Below are positions 35,590-38,381 of a DNA stretch of 38,381 nucleotides, piece by piece. The position numbers were made by a program, and so were the translations under genes. Origin of the DNA: a virus (Duplodnaviria; Heunggongvirae; Uroviricota; Caudoviricetes); IMG/VR virus record IMGVR_UViG_2909303794_000008; one strand, written 5' to 3'. Below the pieces are notes generated by a model. It made no database searches, was not told the origin of the DNA, and worked only from the letters and a program-made list of their open reading frames with translations. Numbering within the stretch: the first letter of the stretch is position 1; every line of letters starts with the position of its first letter.

Positions 35590-37266
35590 ATGAATTCATT
35601 TTCCATCGTTATATTCTTATTAGCATTTCTCGCCCCCATTCTAGCTGTAATATTATTTAAGCAAAGCAAAAAACATAAAGCGGCTATAGATACCTTGACA
35701 GCTAACAACATAGCCCTTTCCAACCAACTGAAAGAAAATCAAGAAGAATTAGCACAGACTGTACGAGATCTATCAGAGCTTGAAGGACGAGCTGCACCAT
35801 TATGGCAATACGTAGAATTGCACAGCGCAGTGATGGAAGCAGAGAATAAGATAAAAAATGCAGACTCAATAGCCAGGCAAAAAATAGAAGAAGCCCAAAT
35901 AAAGGCTGCTAAGACAGTAAACGAAGCAAATTATCAAGCTCAGATAAAAATAAGCAACGCTAATAGCGAAGCTATAGCAATTACTAAAGACGCTCGCGAT
36001 GCACGCCTGAAAGCTAAAGAACGTCTTGATAATGCCAATAGTAAAGCAAATGAGCTGATCTCAAATGCTAATGACAATGCAGTGAAAATTATTTCCGATG
36101 CAGAAGAAAGAGCAAAAGAGATTGCTGGTTCAGCATATGAAGCTAAAGAGTTTGCAGAAAAATATGAAGCAGTTGCCAAATCAATGAAAAATAAAATTGA
36201 AGGTTATGGTGATGAATGGATCATCCCTAACCGTAGCGTTCTCGATGAATTGGCAGAAAATTATGAGTTTACAGATGCAGGCAAGGAATTACAAAAAGCC
36301 AGGGAGTTAACAAAATCATTAATAAAAACTAATAAAGCTGCTTCGTGTGATTATGTTGAACAAAACAGGCGTAATACTGCTATCAACTTTGTTTTAGATG
36401 CCTTCAATGGAAGAGTTGACAGTATTTTATCAAAAGTCAAACACAACAATTTTGGAAAACTTTCCCAAGAGATAAAAGATGCGTTTCAACTTGTAAATTA
36501 CAATGGTTCTGCCTTTAGGTCCGCAAAAATAAGTGACATCTATCTTCAAGCTCGACTCAACGAGCTAAAATGGGGTGTTGCAGTTAATGAAATTATGCTC
36601 GAAGAAAAAGAAGAGCAAAGAAGGATTAAAGAACAACTTCGTGAAGAGGAAAGAGCTCGTAGGGAGTATGAAAAAGCGATAAAAGAAGCTGAAAAAGAAG
36701 AGAAAGCTATTCAGCAAGCTATAAATAAAGCAACAAAAGAGCTTATGCTTGCAAATGAAGAACAACGCTTAGCTTTAGAGCAAAAAATAGCTGAACTACA
36801 GTTAAAATATGAAGAAGCTGAAGCTAAAAACCAACGAGCTATTTCTATGGCTCAACAAACTAGATCAGGCCACGTTTATATAATTAGTAATATTGGCTCA
36901 TTTGGCGAAGATGTATATAAAATTGGAATGACACGCCGCCTTGAACCACTTGATCGTGTTCGTGAACTCGGTGATGCTAGTGTTCCTTTTTCGTTCGATG
37001 TTCATGCGATGATTTATAGTGATGATGCACCATCATTAGAAAATCATCTGCATAAAGTCTTCAACGAAAAACAGGTCAATAAAATTAACTCACGAAAAGA
37101 GTTTTTCAACGTAAATATTAAAGAAATTAAGTCTGTTATTGAAGATATGAACATCAACGCACAATGGACAATGTTTGCGGAAGCGAAAGAATATAGAGAG
37201 TCACTGGCGATTGAGCAAGAGCGCAAAGCAGCAACTTCCGCCAACGATGAACTGCATGTTGCTTAG
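35590..37266 (+). CDS. membrane-anchored coiled-coil protein with C-terminal T5orf172 (GIY-YIG-like) domain; DUF4041-like architecture
   Basis: 558 aa; N-terminal TM helix, long coiled coils with repeated NANS/KANE motifs, C-terminal GHVYIISN...VYKIGMTRRL...ENHLH...EFF motif; AT-rich; AAAGGA SD 20 bp after the cI stop. Confidence 0.6.
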   Translation: MNSFSIVIFLLAFLAPILAVILFKQSKKHKAAIDTLTANNIALSNQLKENQEELAQTVRDLSELEGRAAPLWQYVELHSAVMEAENKIKNADSIARQKIEEAQIKAAKTVNEANYQAQIKISNANSEAIAITKDARDARLKAKERLDNANSKANELISNANDNAVKIISDAEERAKEIAGSAYEAKEFAEKYEAVAKSMKNKIEGYGDEWIIPNRSVLDELAENYEFTDAGKELQKARELTKSLIKTNKAASCDYVEQNRRNTAINFVLDAFNGRVDSILSKVKHNNFGKLSQEIKDAFQLVNYNGSAFRSAKISDIYLQARLNELKWGVAVNEIMLEEKEEQRRIKEQLREEERARREYEKAIKEAEKEEKAIQQAINKATKELMLANEEQRLALEQKIAELQLKYEEAEAKNQRAISMAQQTRSGHVYIISNIGSFGEDVYKIGMTRRLEPLDRVRELGDASVPFSFDVHAMIYSDDAPSLENHLHKVFNEKQVNKINSRKEFFNVNIKEIKSVIEDMNINAQWTMFAEAKEYRESLAIEQERKAATSANDELHVA

Positions 37267-37324
37267 CAATGTATGTTTCATAGTAATCACACATTGATTA
37301 CTGGTTGTATATACAGTTAAATTT

Positions 37325-37349
37325 AGCCCTCTGATATGAGGGCTTTTTT
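37325..37349 (+). terminator. rho-independent terminator abutting the int start codon
   Basis: stem agccctc(37325-37331)/gagggct(37338-37344), loop tgatat, T6 at 37344-37349, then ATG of int at 37350. Confidence 0.6.
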
Positions 37350-38381
37350 ATGGCAGTACGAAAACTCACCACAGGAAAATGGCTTTGCGAATGTTACCCC
37401 GCCGGACGTAGTGGACGTCGTGTACGTAAACAATTCGCCACCAAAGGCGAAGCTCTGGCTTTTGAGCGTCACACGATGGAAGAAACCGAAGCAAAGCCCT
37501 GGCTGGGTGAATCAGTGGATCGTCGAACACTGAAAGACGTGGTTGAACTATGGTTCAAACTACATGGTAAATCTCTGACAGCTGGGCAGCATGTCTATGA
37601 CAAATTGCTGTTGATGGTTGACGCTCTGGGCAATCCCCTTGCAACCGATCTCACCTCTAAAATGTTTGCCCACTATCGAGATAAACGTCTGACAGGAGAG
37701 ATCTACTTCAGCGAAAAATGGAAGAAAGGAGCAAGCCCGGTCACCATTAACCTGGAGCAAAGCTATCTAAGTAGTGTTTTTAGCGAACTATCCCGCCTGG
37801 GCGAATGGTCGTATCCGAACCCACTGGAGAACATGCGAAAATTCACCATCGCAGAAAAAGAGATGGCATGGCTTACCCATGAGCAGATTGTTGAATTGCT
37901 GGCTGATTGCAAACGTCAGGACCCAATTCTGGCACTGGTAGTTAAGATATGCTTAAGCACAGGCGCACGTTGGCGTGAAGCCGTAAATCTTACCCGCTCA
38001 CAGGTGACCAAATACCGAATTACCTTTGTAAGAACGAAGGGGAAGAAAAACAGAAGCATCCCTATCAGTAAAGAGCTTTACGAAGAGATCATGGCGCTTG
38101 ATGGGTTCAATTTCTTTACAGACTGCTATTTTCAATTTTTATCCGTGATGGAAAAAACGTCTATCGTGCTCCCTCGCGGTCAACTGACACACGTTCTGCG
38201 CCATACGTTTGCGGCGCACTTCATGATGTCGGGTGGAAATATCCTGGCCTTACAAAAAATTCTCGGGCATCACGATATAAAAATGACTATGCGTTACGCA
38301 CATCTGGCACCGGATCACCTGGAAACTGCATTACGGTTTAATCCGCTGGCAACACTACCAACATCAATAGCAAGTTTTTGA
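37350..38381 (+). CDS. int: tyrosine integrase (P2 Int-like)
   Basis: 343 aa; C-terminal catalytic region HVLRHTFA...LGHHDIKMTMRYAHL; stop at window end. Confidence 0.95.
   Translation: MAVRKLTTGKWLCECYPAGRSGRRVRKQFATKGEALAFERHTMEETEAKPWLGESVDRRTLKDVVELWFKLHGKSLTAGQHVYDKLLLMVDALGNPLATDLTSKMFAHYRDKRLTGEIYFSEKWKKGASPVTINLEQSYLSSVFSELSRLGEWSYPNPLENMRKFTIAEKEMAWLTHEQIVELLADCKRQDPILALVVKICLSTGARWREAVNLTRSQVTKYRITFVRTKGKKNRSIPISKELYEEIMALDGFNFFTDCYFQFLSVMEKTSIVLPRGQLTHVLRHTFAAHFMMSGGNILALQKILGHHDIKMTMRYAHLAPDHLETALRFNPLATLPTSIASF

Larger units (their letters stand above)
2777..38381. mobile_element. P2/186-family prophage (incomplete in window; left boundary approximate, right end beyond window)
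   Basis: contiguous P2-like gene order ogr,D,U,T,E,FII,FI,G,H,I,J,W,V,S,R,lysCBA,K,X,L,M,N,O,P,Q,A,B,cI,int; host genes end at ybjL. Confidence 0.9.

Noticed and set aside
35940-36179. 79-aa minus-strand ORF
   Set aside because: Antisense within the coiled-coil region of the 558-aa gene; low-complexity Ala/Ser/Leu translation.
1-38381. CRISPR arrays, tRNA or rRNA genes
   Set aside because: No regularly spaced direct repeats and no tRNA-like cloverleaf-coding segment were noticed at the prophage boundary or elsewhere; none called.

Overview
The window holds an E. coli-type chromosomal segment (grxA, ybjM, ybjL; 1-2620) followed by a nearly complete P2/186-family myovirus prophage that runs from about 2780 to the window end and continues beyond it. 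Gene order is ogr-D-U-T-E/E'-FII-FI (minus strand), a Pin/Gin-type invertase with a ~1.84 kb invertible tail-fibre segment, G-H-I-J-W-V-S-R-lysC/B/A-K-holin-X-L-M-N-O (minus), P-Q (plus), a cos-proximal accessory region, A-dam-small ORFs-B-apl/cox-like (minus), a 186-type cI and int (plus). The most interesting content is three AT-rich cargo loci in otherwise GC-rich phage backbone: (i) a translationally coupled three-gene operon of HNH nuclease, unknown 219-aa protein and minimal nucleotidyltransferase (24954-26622); (ii) a solitary KAP-family P-loop NTPase (27015-28907); (iii) a membrane-anchored coiled-coil protein with a T5orf172/GIY-YIG-like C-terminal domain inserted between cI and int (35590-37266). 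I regard all three as candidate anti-phage defence cargo and could not match any to a named system with certainty. Everything here comes from reading the sequence and the supplied ORF track; no database search or structure prediction was run. The ORF track reports GTG/TTG starts as M, so some start codons are adjusted or unverified.
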